Shown piece by piece: positions 22,694-37,500 of a stretch of DNA of 64,000 nucleotides (its first letter is position 1; every line of letters begins with the position of its first letter). The notes beneath the pieces were generated by a model. That model was not told the DNA's origin and did not search any database. It saw only the letters and a program-made list of their open reading frames with translations. A program made the position numbers and the translations under genes. Source of the DNA: Mobula birostris (Eukaryota); assembly GCF_030028105.1 (NCBI RefSeq), contig NC_092372.1, positions 102,986,687 through 103,050,686 on the forward strand, in the 5' to 3' direction.

Positions 22694-25689
22694 GTGGGAA
22701 CAACAGCTAAATATCAAATTTCCCAGACTATGGAGTAAAGATGAGGTGCTTTACTGTGTATTTTATAAGATCTGAGGTGTTAAAGATGATTTAACTCAAG
22801 GCTAAGAAATTTCCCTGCCTAACAACTGTCACCTCCAGAGGTCGTGCAAAATGAAAGTGGAGGAGTTTAATAACTCATATTTCAGTCACACTTCAAACAG
22901 AGACAGACATTGCTGCTGTGATGAACAGAGGATCCTCTGGCAGAAAGTTAATTGGCAGTGAGGTCAAAGTTAAATAGCTCCACACCATATCAGCTCCTCT
23001 CCTTTACTGCACAGGGGATGTTGTGATGTGTTTAATGTTCCTTGACTGGTTGTGTACAACTGGACTTGCCAAGTGGAGGCCAACACTTTAGTCACATTTA
23101 ATAGATGGAGACAAGGACTAGTTTTTACTTGCTTTGATCATGTGACTGTGTTTAGTAATTGACTTCAAGGGAATCGAATATGTGCAGGTGAATTCAACAC
23201 AATACCAACTTTGTTTAGTGATGAGAGCCAAAAGTGAATTTCTTTTGACTGTTCATTTTCCAACTGAATGCTAGGATATATGCTGAGACAATACAGAGAT
23301 CAAAGCCTTTTGTAGGGAATAAGAAAAGGTGAAATCACAGCTCCAGATGTAGATGTAGATATTCCCGGTGATATTCTGTTCTGTGGTGCCTTGCTGCATA
23401 AATGCTTGTTGAGTTGTTGTAGTTGAAGCCTGTGACCTGGTTTCACTGGAAACTAAATATAAAAAGATACAGTTTGAGGGGCATGACTCCGGCCTTCCAG
23501 TGATAGCTTGGTTGCAGCTATAAACGTTATATTCAATGTTGCCTGTTATGACAGAAAGTTTATCACATTGAAAAACAAAAGTTAATTAACATCTGCAAAC
23601 AGTTTCATACTCTTGACAATCAAAAAGAAGCTCTGGAAATGACCAACAGTGTCTCTCAGCTGGACAACTTTACATCAAATTAGAATAACCTTACTGTCTG
23701 TTACATACATGAATGACTTTTAAAAATGAATGCAGTAGGCGTGATTAGCACATTTGTAGATTACATCAGAATTTTATTTGTGTTATTCATCGTGATGTGG
23801 AGAATATCAGTCTATAAGATGATTGTGATCATTTGGTTAAAAAGGGCAAAGCTATGGCAAATGGAAGTTGCTTCCAAGAAATAAGAGTTGGAGCACTTAA
23901 GATGAAATTATAAATAAAGATAGGACATGCACAATGAACGGTCAGGCCGAGGGGAGTAGTGAGGAACAGAGAGACCCTGGTGCATAAGCCAATCGAATGT
24001 GGTAGATTGCAGGAGAGGTAGATATGGTCATGGAGGGCAGAATGTGTCTCTATCTCTGGGAAGGTACAATTCTTGTAATTCACAAATTTTAGTTCAAATT
24101 TCAGAAATGCTGTTGCTATTATTGTCCCGAGGGTCGCCACTTTCTGCAAAATGACATTGTCTACTGAGCCTGTTGCAAAATGTGGAAGCAGAGAATCTGA
24201 AATTCCTCATTAGGGAAAGAACGTCTATTGCATAAGTAAATTGAACTTTGCAACAGATGACTCATTGATAAGTCTCTTTCCTACTTCAACTCTGTCAAAA
24301 ATAGCTTTGTGAAATCAATCTGTGTGTGAGAGCAAAATAAGCCATATTAGTGATTAAAACAATGCTTAAAAAAGTCAATTCAAGATTATTGCATCAATGT
24401 GCTGACACTTTACAGAAAATGAGGATTGTATCCAATGTGCAGCCATGTGCATATACCTGTGTGTATTTTACAGACCTGCAGCAAAAGGTACACTGAGATA
24501 TGCTGTAGTGTGCAGATCATGAAAGGGAGAGGAATTTTCTGGAAATCACAGGTGTCAGCTCACCATGCAGTCAGTATGTTCCCCTGAGCTGTGGAATTTC
24601 CCAGTGAGTGAGGTGTAAAATCTGAAACTGAATTCTGTTGCTCATCATCTGTCACTTATTTGAAAGAGAATGGTGATTGATTTTGTCACATATACTTTAC
24701 AAAAGATGGACTTTGCATCTCTTCCCTAAATTTTGTAATTAAATCTTTAAAAACCACATTCACCACCTATTTTAATATATAATCCATATGTGGCTGTAAA
24801 CCATAAAAGTATTGAAGGAAATTCTGCCAAAGTGAAAGAAGTTCTTTTCCTAAGGGCAGGGAAATTGCTTTTCTCAGGACATCAGTGTTTGGCAGATTTG
24901 AATGTTGGAGATGATGCAAGGAGAATCCCATAAATAGGAGCTCACTGGAACTATTTTTATACTTTTTTTTAGATTATAAGAACACGCAATTCTCTTTTAT
25001 TGTCATTTAGTAATGCATGCATTAAGAAATGATACAATGTTCCTCCAGTGTGATGTCACAGAAACAAAAGATAGACCAAGACTGAAAAACTGACAAAAAC
25101 ACATAATTATAACATATAGTTACAACAGTGGAAGCAATATCTTAATTTGATAAAGGACAGACCATGGGCACGGTAAAAAAAAGTCTCAAAGTTTCTCAAA
25201 AGTCCCACATCTCACGCAGACGGTAGAAGGAAGAAAACGCTCCCTGCCATGAGCTACCAGCCACGCAAACTTGCCGATGCAGCATGCTGGAAGCACCCGA
25301 CCTCAGTTGGACTCTGAGTCCGTCCGAAAACTTTGAGCCTCTGATCAGCCCTCTGACACCGAGCACCATCTCTGCCGAGCACTTCGACCCCAGCCCAGGC
25401 TGCCAGCAACAGGCAAAGCCTAGGATTTGGGGCCTTCCCCTCTGGAGATTCTCGATTACACAGTAGCAGCGGCAGAGAACCGGCCATTTCAGAAGTTTCT
25501 GCAGATGTTCCTCTGTGCTCTCACGGCTGTCTCTATCAAATCAGAATTGTGCACGGCATCCTACTTACAAGTACCGATATCATTCACTGGAGAGGCTGCG
25601 CGTCGCCATCTTCTCCTTCCTGTAAAATACTTGACCATATTTTACAAATCTGCAGCATTAAAGTGCACAGAGACACGCTGTAATGTGTA

Positions 25690-26110
25690 GACAGTGAAAC
25701 GGAAAACGATTTTCTGGAAATCAGTGTATAAAGCACCACCAGGATGCTGTTCTCTGCTGAGGAATCTCAAACTACCTGAGCAGTAAAGCCTGAAACTGGA
25801 CTGATCCTGTTCAAGGAAAACAGCTGTTTCATTTTACACCATTCACTTTGCTGAAGGTGGATTTTAAACTTGCATAACATTAATAGATAAATCTTAAGAA
25901 ATCACACGTGAGTAAATTACTACCAATTGTGCTACATAATGCAGCTGCAGTTGCAATCCACACAACTGCTGAGATGCAGAAACACGAAAGTGAAAGAAGA
26001 TCTGCCTCAGAAGCAGGGAAATTCCCTCTTTCAGGACGTCAGTGTTGGTGCAGATTTCACTGCAGGAGATGATGCAAATTGGAGAAGAGAATCCCCATAA
26101 ATAGGAGCTC
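25690..26110 (+). promoter_or_regulatory. Proximal promoter, copy B
   Basis: Same motifs as copy A; NF-kB site at 26016-26026. Confidence 0.78.
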
Positions 26111-26205
26111 ACTGAATGTCTGAGCATAACTTGATTCAGCAGAGAACTAGTGCATTGGACAGAAGAACCTTCAGCAGACATCCCTTCTAGAGTACAAAGT
26201 GGAAG

Positions 26206-28508
26206 ATGGACAGAACAGCCACTGTAACCATCCTCATCCTCCTTCTGTGTGCCATTGCTGCACAGGGTATGTTGAGATATCCGAACTTATTTTTTGTTTT
26301 TTATTAAAATAATGCACAAAGTCTATGATCTTGTGAGTCATGTACTGTTTACCAAAAAATTAAATACTTCCAGATTACTGTAAGTCTAATTCAGAAAGCT
26401 AGACAACCAATATAGAAAGAAATGCACCAAGAATTGATGTCGGACAGGATTTCCACTGTTTCCACGGACTGCAGCTACAGTTCGATCTTTGTCAAAATAA
26501 TGATGAATCTGAAACGCTGGAGAAATTATCAGCAAGTTTTACAGCCTTTGCTCTCCTGAAGCAACAATGAAATCTGAGTGAATATAATCTTTCCTCAGGT
26601 GTTCCGATCCCAGGAGCACAAGGACGGTGCCACTGCATTCGGACCAGCTTTGATGTTATTCATCCGAAGTTCATCAGGAACTTGAAATACATTCCCAGTG
26701 GATCCCACTGCGAGAGAGCAGAGATAATGTGAGTAAATGAGTCAGACTATCATCTTTAACTCTGTTCCTTTACTGATGTTTATTTAATAAGCTGTGCACT
26801 TTAAGAGGAGACATACTCATTCTGTGGATTAAATTTGAATGACATTTTCTTTTCACAGTGTCACCCTGAGAAATGAGAAGAAAGTGTGTGTGGATCCTGA
26901 TGCCAGGTGGTTGCAGGCTCTCATAGCAGCCATGAAAGGTCAGTGTTTGGTGTTTGTCAAAATTCATACTTTAGCTGCCAAGGAAAGTAGATGTAGTGAA
27001 TTGTTTTTGCCGTGTGACTCTGGTTCTTAATAGTGCAGGGTACTGTCTGTTCATCCCTGCTTAACGCTCCCACCACCATTAAGTATCTTCCAGTACTTTA
27101 CCTGAGTACCCTTCCTGTATGTGTGAGTCATAACCTGGAATATTTGCAAGCTATGGTGTCAGTGCCCTCACTCAACATTCATTATTAATGTTCCCTGGAA
27201 CCGTGGTAGGGAACTGGAAGTCGAGGTTGGGTCACTATAGTCTATCAATTGCAGGAGCAATGGCTGGTACCAATTATCACATATTTTACAACCTCTCTGA
27301 GCCCAACAAATGAAGAACAACTTTTATTCTAATTAGGGACATTAGGTATAAAATAGTAATTAGTGATTTTCCCCACAGGTTACAGCCCTAGTGCAGGGGT
27401 GGTTGAGGAATAGATCACTCAGATGCCAGTTACAGACAATGTTTTGTCTTGGGTGGTGTCCAGAGTCTTGATGATGGAGCTACTGACAGTGCTCACACTC
27501 TAGAGTCTTGCCTTGTAGAGAGACTATAGGGTGAAAAAGGGGTGTCAGAAGGTGACTCAACTCGGATGACTACAGTAGATTGTGAATTGTTGATGCCAGA
27601 GAAGACAGCAATGGTGATGCCAATGACAATATTAGTGTCATTACCTTAACACTGTCTTTGACATTATCATTGCTGTCTTCCCCAGCAACAACAGTTCGTT
27701 GTCTACTAGATACAGTATACGCTTACACATTAACTTCATGAGATGTTCAAAGTAAAGTCAGACCTGAGGTGGGGATCCAAAGCAGAGTTTGGGTCACTGT
27801 AAAGCTAACAACCGCAGGACCAGTATTCACTCCTTTTAGAACCCAGCTGAGCCCAAACAATGAAGAACATTCTTTATTCAGAGTGTGTACATTAGGAATA
27901 AAATGCTTAACAGCGAATTTCCCCACAGGTTGCAGACACAGAAAATGGGAGGTTGAGGGAATGATGGGTTAAGGTGCCTTAAGAAGAATGCCTTGTTCTG
28001 ATTGGTGTTGGAGCTACACTGATTCAGGAATGAAAGAGTGTTCATCACACTCTACCATTGTGCTTGTAGATAGTTGAATGGATGCTAAATGGGTATCAGG
28101 ATTGACTCTCTATCTGAACCTTATAAATGCAGCTAATAACCTTGTGAAGATAAAATGATATTGCCAAGGATAGTCCTTGGGTCATTGCCTGGCTTGTTGG
28201 TTGGCATAAATGCCACCTGGCTTATACAGATCCATACCTGAATGTCATCAATGTCTTTATCTATGCTTGAATGTGTCAGTTTGTGAGGAAATTGAAATGG
28301 ATTTGAACTCTGCACAATGCATTTAGAATAATGCCCATTCCAGTGTCATTGACATACTAACAAGTTTCCAAAACATAGCAATCTGCTCCTCTTTGTGGAA
28401 TGCCAGTTTGAGAATTCTTGTAGTTCTCTTGCAGAAGACACATGATGCTGTATTACCGTGGGTAACCATGCAAATTATTGAATTTCAGGAGGGAAAAAGC
28501 ACAAGTGA
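26206..28508 (+). CDS. CXC chemokine copy B. Exons 26206-26266, 26599-26728, 26859-26938, 28489-28508; protein identical to copy A
   Basis: Same sequence as copy A at offset +19365, with all splice sites intact. Confidence 0.92.
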
Positions 28509-31500
28509 AAAATCAGAAGCTGCAAAATAAGAGAATCAGTTCCATCTCTGGATTATCCGATGGGGAATGATGGAAGTTCAGCCCTGGGTGTTGACTCTGT
28601 GATATCACCATTCCAGTATATCCTCTTCATCGTCTTCTGAGAGTGATCTTGCTGTTCCTCCCTGTCAGAGGACATTTTTTACCTGGACACACTAGCTGTT
28701 TACATTTGAGAATGCCATGTGATATTTGTGTTAAACATTGTGCCAAATCCAAAGTTTCTTTGGACATCTGTGGTAAATTTTGGACATGTGAGATGCGCGT
28801 CAATTGTTAAGCCTTAATGTTAATGCTAAGAGTGGGAGATGATGATGATGTGAGAGGAATGTTATTTATTAATTTTCATGGCTAACTTATTCAAGATGAA
28901 CTTGGTTGACAAGGGACGGCAGTGACCTCTGGGATAAAATTCACATGCTGTTCACGTCCCACCCTCTCCCTTTTGCTGCTCTGTTATCAACACTCTCTTT
29001 ACAAACTCAGAAATGAAAGAGGATAAATCAGCCTATGTGCAAAGAAGGATTATCTTTTGGTTATTGGGTTAATATAATCTGAGTCAGAATGTTGAAGATG
29101 TAAATAATTAAATCATTCCTCCTTTTTTCTTGAATATATGAGGTGATGCAGCATTGTTGCAATGATTTCTAATGCAAAAATTTGCAGACATCTCTGTTAT
29201 TTAAAATCTTGCTCATAGCCTGTAATATAGAAATGACAATATTGTTGACCAATACTGTTTGACTGAAGCATTTTTGTGCGAAAACGTAAGAACAAGTAAC
29301 TGCAAGTAACATACATGCCATTTCACAGCGTTGTTTATTGACCATTGACTTTTCAACTAGTGCTTTCTTTGTAAAACGTCAAATTTTAGGATCTATCTGA
29401 AGTCTATGAAAGCAAATTTTTTGGAGTTGTAATTTTCATCTAAAGTACCTTCATTTTAGAAGGTACTACTGCTAATAGTCTGATAATTACTGGAGAAAAT
29501 GAAACTTGTAAATAGGAACAAGTGATAGAAATCTTTGCCTTGAGGACACGTTCACTGTCTGGACAGTTGATGTATGGGGATGAATTTGTTGATCATTCTT
29601 CAAAAGCACTTAAGAAAATAAAATAAAGTGTATTTTTCATGAAGAACTTGTTGATAACCTTTCTGAATTTTTACTATTAAGTTTTTAGTTTCTTTCGTGG
29701 AGTTTCTTTAATTTGCTTCACATCGCACAAATGGTCTGGGCAGGTACTGAGCTCACACTGAGACAATTACACAAACAAGTTGAACCAATGATGTTGCAGT
29801 TGTACAAATTGCCTACCCAACTCAAGGGTTTATGTGAGGAAAATTAAAGGATTAGGGATGAATAATGTGGATTTAGCCGAGTAAAGGAGAAGATTACTTT
29901 TGAACACTTGGTCTGTAATTTAACACTGGCAGGCAAGGTGCCGTTTGCAGCCAGTAGGAAACTGGAACTGCTGCAGAGGGCTAAAGCTGGCATGAAGTTT
30001 AGTTCAGCGGTCAGTGTGAGCCTATTAAATGTAAATTCTCTTATCATTATTTTATTGAATGTAGGCAGCAGGAACTGGTAATCCCAATTGTCCCTTAAAT
30101 TCAATACTGAGTTTGTATCTTCACATACCCGTGCCTCCTCTTTGATGGTACCAATGAGAAGAGGACATATCCTGGGTAATGTGGGTCCTCAATGACGTAT
30201 GTGCCCTTTCTGAGGCATCGCTCTTTGAAGATGAATTTGCTGGGGTGGCTAGTGCCCATGGTGGTACTGGCTGAGTTTACAACTTTCTGCAGATTTTTCC
30301 AATTTTGCGCAGTGACCTCTCCATACCAGACAGTGATGCAAACAGTTAGAATGCTCTCCACGTAACAGCTGTAGAATTTTGAGAGAGTCTTTAGTGCACT
30401 ACCAAGTCTCCTCAAACTCAAAATGCAATATAGCCACTGTTGTGCCTTTTTTGTAATTTCGGGCTGGCAACATGAATAGCTCTGGGGTCCAGTGATTCCT
30501 TGCTGGACTGTCCTCATCTGTAACATCATCAGAATATCCGTCAAGTTAACCACCGGAGTGAGACTAGAGCCACTGTCTGTAGTGCCTGGGCCGCGTCTAG
30601 GGCTTGCTGCTACTTGGATCCTTTTCGTGTCAAGATAAAGGTCAGTCTATCATTGTGTGGTTTTGTCTCTCCATGTTCTCTCCTCCACTGGGTAGGTCCA
30701 GTCGTTTGCTGCTACCCTGAGGGGTGAACGGTCTCAGTGTTTTGTGCCCTGCATCCAAGAAGAGTCCCAGCTCTATGTCCTGTGTCCGAGAAGGAGCCCC
30801 GGCTCAGTGTTGTGTGTCCTGTGTCTAAGTCAAGTCTAAGCCCAGTCTAAGTCAAGTGTCAAGTTCCAAGTCCAAGTCGAGAGACAAGTTCCAAGTCCAA
30901 GTTCGAGTCCAAGTCGAGAGAAAGTTCCAAGCCAAGTCCGAGTCCAAGATGCAAGCCAAGAGCCAAGTCTAGACCCAGGTGCCAATTCCCTGCCAAGTCC
31001 CGAGTTCCGAGTCGTGACCTGAGTTCCCCGTCGAGTTCAAGTCCCAAAACCAAGTCCAGGTTTTCCGGTTTGTCAGTCTACATCTACCTTCGTGTTACCA
31101 TTTTGTCCTCGCTCCTTGGCTTCCCTAGCATTCTTAATAAACATAGCCCAGTTCCTAGTACTTCAGTGTCTGTGTCTTGCATTTGGGTCCGCTTCCATCG
31201 CCCTCCTATGACAGGAATGTTTAAACGGGGTTCTGAAGGCAAAGCTCCAGCAAAAATCCACGGCCCAGAGATTTAGAGCCAGATAAAGAAAGAAAATGCA
31301 GGAGTGTCGGCAGCTCACTGACAGCAAGACGTGCAGAAGTTTTGTAGTGGTGAGCAGCCATCTGCTGTCACAAACTTCAGCAGTCCTAAAGATGTCTGAC
31401 CACAGAGTTGTCTCATTGTCTCACTGCTGGGAGTCACAGGGAAAGTCATCTCCAGGGTATTCTGAACCACTTCCTCAGTCATTGTAGATCTGCTGCCTGA

Positions 31501-34500
31501 ACTGCAGAGTGGATTCTGACCAGCTTGAGACATGATGAACTGCTCCAATGCAACACATTGTTCTTAAGATCACAGGTCCAAATACTGCTAACAATGCTTC
31601 TAATGCGGTCTGACTAATGCCTTATAAAGTCTCAGCATTACATCCTTCTTTTTCTATTCTAGTCCTCTTGAAATGGATGCTAACATTGCATCTGCTTTCC
31701 TTACCATCCACTTAACATGCAAGCTAACCTTTAAGGAATCTTGCGTGAGAACTCCCAAGCCTCTCTGCACTTATTTCTGAATTTATTTCCCATTTAGGAA
31801 ACAGTCAACCCGTTCATTCCTACTACCAAAGTACATGACCATGTATTTCCTTACACTGTATTCCATCTGCCTCTTCTTTAACCATTCTCCTAATATGTCT
31901 ATGTCCATCTGTAGGCCCCCTGCTTCCTCAAATCTACCTGCCCTTCCACCTGCCTTTGTATCATCTGTAAGTTTGGCCACAAAGCCACCAGTTCCATTAT
32001 TCAAATCCGTGACATGTAAAGAGAAGTGGTCCTGACACCAACCTCCTGTGGAACACCACTAGTTGTAAGCAGCCAACCAGGAAAGGTCCCCTCCATTCCC
32101 ACTCTTTGAAGGCAGGGATTTATGATGGGGCTCATTACTGCCTTCAATGCACCAGAGCAGCCTTTAGATGACTGAGGAAAATGTTACCTGAAGCTCAAGA
32201 GTTCAAATGTGGCACAAAGTCCACAGTTGTCCGAGCAGCAGAAAAATAAGCAAACTCTCCCGGGTCAAAATCCATACTATTGGTGCCTTTCTAAAATCCT
32301 GAGTGTATTTAATGATGAGGAATTATGTCCCCTGCACTGTTGATGCTCTACTTATAGTAAGTCGGCTATGTTTGTTCTGTCACATAAATTACATATATGA
32401 CATTGAACTTACAAGTTTGACACGATTCTTTGAAGTGATCACTCAAGGCAGAAAAGGAAGATAGGGAATGGTAGAGGGACCACACAGAAACTCTGACTAA
32501 GTGACAGAAAGAGTACAGAACTTCACTAATGAACACCCTCCCACTCCTTGGTCGAAGACTCTGCCATTTCCACATTGACCTCAGTGAGCGCCTAAGCATC
32601 CACAGAGTAGTTCATAGTGATCTTCAGTCATGAGGCAGAGCCCAGGGAAAAGAACACAAACCAAGCTGGATAAATGAGACAGATCTCCTTTCCTGCAGAG
32701 CACTGGTGAACGAACTGCGTTCCCAAGCTGTCGCAATTGTTTCACAGATAACATGAATGAAGCAGGCGTTTTTGATTCTGAATGCATTTAATGAAGAGGA
32801 GTTTTGTACCTCAGCACTGGTGTTATTTTACTTACTGTAAGTCAGATACATTCACTCTGCCACATAACTCACACACCTGACACTAGCTTCCTAATTCGGA
32901 CTCCTGATTCCATGCTGAGTCATAGGAAGCAATTAGAAAGGAGTAGACAGGGGAAAATACAAGATGTCCTTGAATCTTCCTTGAAGAAATGCAGTACCCC
33001 CACGGTGTCCTTGGTATCTCTGGCTGTTATCACCCAAGGTGGAGAAGGAGCATTGGTATTCTCTTGAGAGTCCATCTGCTTTAAGACCACACAGAAACCC
33101 TGACGTAGCAACAGAACGAACTTAGCACTTCACCAATGACAACCATTCTACACTCCATCAGGCAATTCCTATCCTTGGTCGAAGACTATGTCTTTCCCAT
33201 ATTGATCTCAGTATCTGTCTTAGAAACACAAAACAGGAATGGAAGGAAGTTATCATTAGTACTGAAGGACACCATAAAGAGAATAACATGGGCCAGGCTG
33301 GATAATGGAGACAGATTTCCTTCTCTGTAGAGTACTAGAGAATAAGTTGCATTTTTAAGCTGACGTGATAGTCTCATAGACATAATTGGTGATACATACT
33401 CTCCAATTCTGAATTCATTTAACCAAGAGGAATCAGGTTCGCCAGGTGCATTGGAAATGATTTCAATGTGTTTCTGTGTCTTTACTCCTGGCCTCTAAAT
33501 TCTAGCTTGATGATTTAACCTATCAGCTCCCCTACTACATTGTGTTCTTCATTCCAGGAATATACTTGATCAGGAATATTTTTTGCTCATTTTCCCAAAG
33601 AATTATTTCTTAGCACATGTACCTGGAATATTGATGCACTGCTGTGGTCTGGATACCGAAGAGGTTCTTCATTCAGCCTCAACCATACATGGGAGGGTCC
33701 CACCTACCCACACTACTGCAGGATCAGATAACACGTGCACCCCATACGTGCACCTGGTCTTCAGAATGAGAAGCCAAAAGAGTAATATTTCTATTAAGGA
33801 GGTAACACAGCATATCCTACCACATCTGATGTTGGAGCTGGATTGTAGTGAAATTTGACGGATGGTAAATGAATATTTGTTGTCTCCTATTTTGTGTCCA
33901 TAAGCATTATTCTGAGGAAGTTCGATGTTCAAATCCCATCTTTCAAATATAGAAGAGGAGAGGATGGCGGCACGACGCAGCGCGCAGCGGCCACTCCGGT
34001 GATGAATATCTGTTATCTGTCAAGTAGGGTGACGTGTACAATCCTAATTTGATGGAGACAGAAGTGAGAGCACTGAGGAACATCTGGAGAAACTTCTGAA
34101 ATGCCTGTTTCACCGCCGCTGTTACTGTGTGATCCAGAATCTCCGGAGGGGAAGGCCCCGAGTCCTCGGCTTTGCTTATTGCTCGGCGGCCGGGGCAAGG
34201 TCGAAGCGCTCGGTAGAGATGGTGCTCAGTGCTCGGTGTCAGAGGGCTGGTCGGAGGCTTGAAGTTTTCGGATGGACTCAGAGTCGGACTGTGGTTGGGT
34301 GCTTCCAGGGTGCTGCATCGGGCAAGTTTGTGGCACTGGAGAGTTTCTCCCTTCCACCGCCTGCGTGAGATGATGGGCTATCGGGACTTTGAGACTTTTT
34401 TTTACCGTGCCCATGGTCTGCTCTTTATCAAATTACTGTATTGCTTTACACTGTTGTAACTATATGTTATAATTATCTGGTTTTTGTCAGTTTTAGTCTT

Positions 34501-37500
34501 GGTCTGTCCTGTGTTTCTGTGATATCATACTGGAGGAACATGGTATCATTTCTTAATGCATGCATTTCTAAATGACAATAAACGAGGACTGAGTGTCCTC
34601 ATAAGCTAATCTAATCTGAGGAGCATTCTCTCTGAGGATAGCAGCATTGACAACGACATCCAGAGCTGCATTAAACAGGCATCAACTGCCTTTGGGAGAC
34701 TTTGGCGTAGAGTCTTTCAGAACAGGAGTCTTTGTCCCTCCAGAAAGGTCGCCGTATACCAAGCCGTCTGCGTCACCACCCTCCTTTATAGCTGTGAAAC
34801 TTGGGTAACCTACAGCCGTCACATCAAATCCTTGGAGTGCTTCCACATAAGCTGCCTCCAGCGCATCCTGGGAATTACCTGGCGTGAGCGGGTGCCTCAT
34901 ACTAGAATACTTGTAAAGACCAGATGCAGAAGAATTGAGGCCATGATCACCCAACGTCAGCTGCAGTGGCTGGGGAATGTAATAAGGATACCCCCATGTC
35001 AGCCACCCCGCAGAGTGTTATACGGCCAGCTACATCATGGTCGACGCTCAGCTGGAAGGCCAAAGAAGCGCTATAAGGATCAGATGAAGAATGGTTTAAG
35101 GAAGTGCAAGATCAGACCCGAGGGCCTGGAGGAGGTTGCTGCTGACCATACCACTTGGTGACAGCTGTGTAGGAACGGGGTTCGTATTCTGGAGATGGAA
35201 AGAACAACCAGAAGACAGCAGAATAGAGCCAGGAGAAATGCAGCCATGGTTGCCATCACTACCACCACCACTACCACATATACATGTCCCACCCGCAATC
35301 GAGCTTGTGGGTCCAGGATAGTACTGTATAGTCATCAAAGATCTCACCGTTAAAGGAGTGGACGTCGTCATCAGATTTCGATGGACAACCGAAGAAGAAA
35401 ATTGGGGTTGATATGTTGGAATGGGAATGAGAATAAGGATTGAAATGGTCAGCCAACGGGAAATACTGCTTTTTGAAGGTGGAGCTGTAGTGCTCAACAA
35501 AGTCGTCCCCCAACGTACGTCGGGTTTCATCAATAAAAAGGTGGCTGCTTTGAGAGCACTGAAAACACAGATGATTCCAAAAGATTTGCAGCTGAAGTGG
35601 TGCTTCACCTGGAAGGATTTGGGGCCCTGTATGTAGGTGAGGGAGGAGGTGATTTGATGACTGCATTGGTGCTGCTTCATGCATCCAAGTTGTGCTCGCC
35701 AATTTCATCAACTTTGCCTCCAACTTCACCCTGCCCTTAAATTCACTTGGTCCATCTCTGACACCTCTCTCCCCTTTCTCGATCTTTCTGTCTCCATCAC
35801 TAGAGACAAATTGTCTACCAATCTCTTTTCTAAACCCAATAATTCCCATGACTATAAAATGTCATTCTGTTTTCTCAGTTCCTTCATCTTCACTGTATCT
35901 GTTCCCAGGATGAGGCTTTTCTTTCCAGAGCCTCAGAAATGCCCTCTTTCAAAGAACAGTGGTTCCCTTCCTCCACCGTTGTTGGAGGACCCTCACCTGC
36001 ATCTCTTCCAATTCCATCACATCCGTGCTTAACACATCATCCTGATGCTTTTACAGGGATAGGGTTCCTGTTGTCCTCACTTACCAACCCATGAGCCTCT
36101 GCTTCCAGCACTTCATTCTCCGAAACTTCCTCCATCTTCAAAGGGACCCTACCATCAAACACATCTTAACCTCTTCTCCTACTGTCTGTTTTCTGCAGGG
36201 ATCACTCCCTCTCTGATTCCCTTGTTCATTCATCCCTTCCCACTAATTTCCCTCCTGGTACTTACCCCTGGAAGAAGCAGAAGTGCTACACCTGCGTATT
36301 CACCTCCTCCCTCACCTCCATTCAGGGTCCTAAACAGCCCTTCCAGGGGAGGCAAATTTTCATCTATGAATCTTCTGTGGTCGCCTACTGTATTCAGTGC
36401 TCCTGATGCAGTCTCCTCTACATTGGTGAGACCCAATGGAGACTGGGGGACCACTTCATTGAGCATCTCAGCTCCAGCCACAAAAAGCCAATTTCCCAGG
36501 ACCTAACTCCCAACTTACATCAATATTTTCCCCTCCACATTCCATCTTCTTCTTTTCCCCACTTGGGCCCCTTACCTCTTCTCCTTACCTGCCACCCTCC
36601 CCCAAATGTCTCTCCCACTGTCCTTTCTCCCATGTTCCACTCTCCTCTCCAATCAGAGTTTGACTTTTCTAACCCTTTGCCTTTTGCACTTGTCATCTCC
36701 CTGGCTCAGCACCGCTCAAGCGCTATCTATAAATTTACCAAAGACACAGTGGTTGTTGGCAGCATCTGAGGTGGTGATGAGCAGGTCCACAGGAGTGAGA
36801 TAGATCGTCTCGTTGAGTAGTGTTGCAACACTAAGCTTGCAGTCAATGTCCATTAGACCATCACGTTGATTGTGAACTTCAGGAAGAGGGAGTGGAGGGT
36901 ATACAAACCAGTCCTCATCAAGGGATCAGCAGTGACTGGGGAGAGAAGTTTCAGATTCCTGGGGGTAGAGTTATTCAGGCCCCGACAGACTGACACAATT
37001 ACGAAGAAGGCATGTGAACAGCGATATATCAATAGGGGTTTGAAGAGATTTTGTATGTCACTAAAGATTCTAGCAAATTTCTACACACGTACTGTGGAGA
37101 GCATTCTAACTGGTTGCATCGCTGTCTGGAATAGAGGGGCCATTGTTTAAGATTGGAACAAGTGGCAGAGGGTAGCTACTCAACCAGTTCCATCATGCCC
37201 ACTAGCCTCCCCAGCATGGAGGACATTTTTAAAAAGTGATGCCTCAAAAAGTTAACAGCCATCATTAAGGACCCCCATCACCCAGTACAGGCTCGCTTCT
37301 TATTACCACCATCAGAGAGCAGATGAAGGAGCCTAAAGACACACTATGCTTTAGGAACAGTCTCTTTGCCTCCACCATCAGATTTCTGAATGGACAATGA
37401 ACCAACCCATGAGCACCAGCTCGCTATTTCTGCTCCCTTTTTACACCACTTATTTAATGTATTTTACAGAAGTTATTTCCTGTTGTAATTTACGTATTGC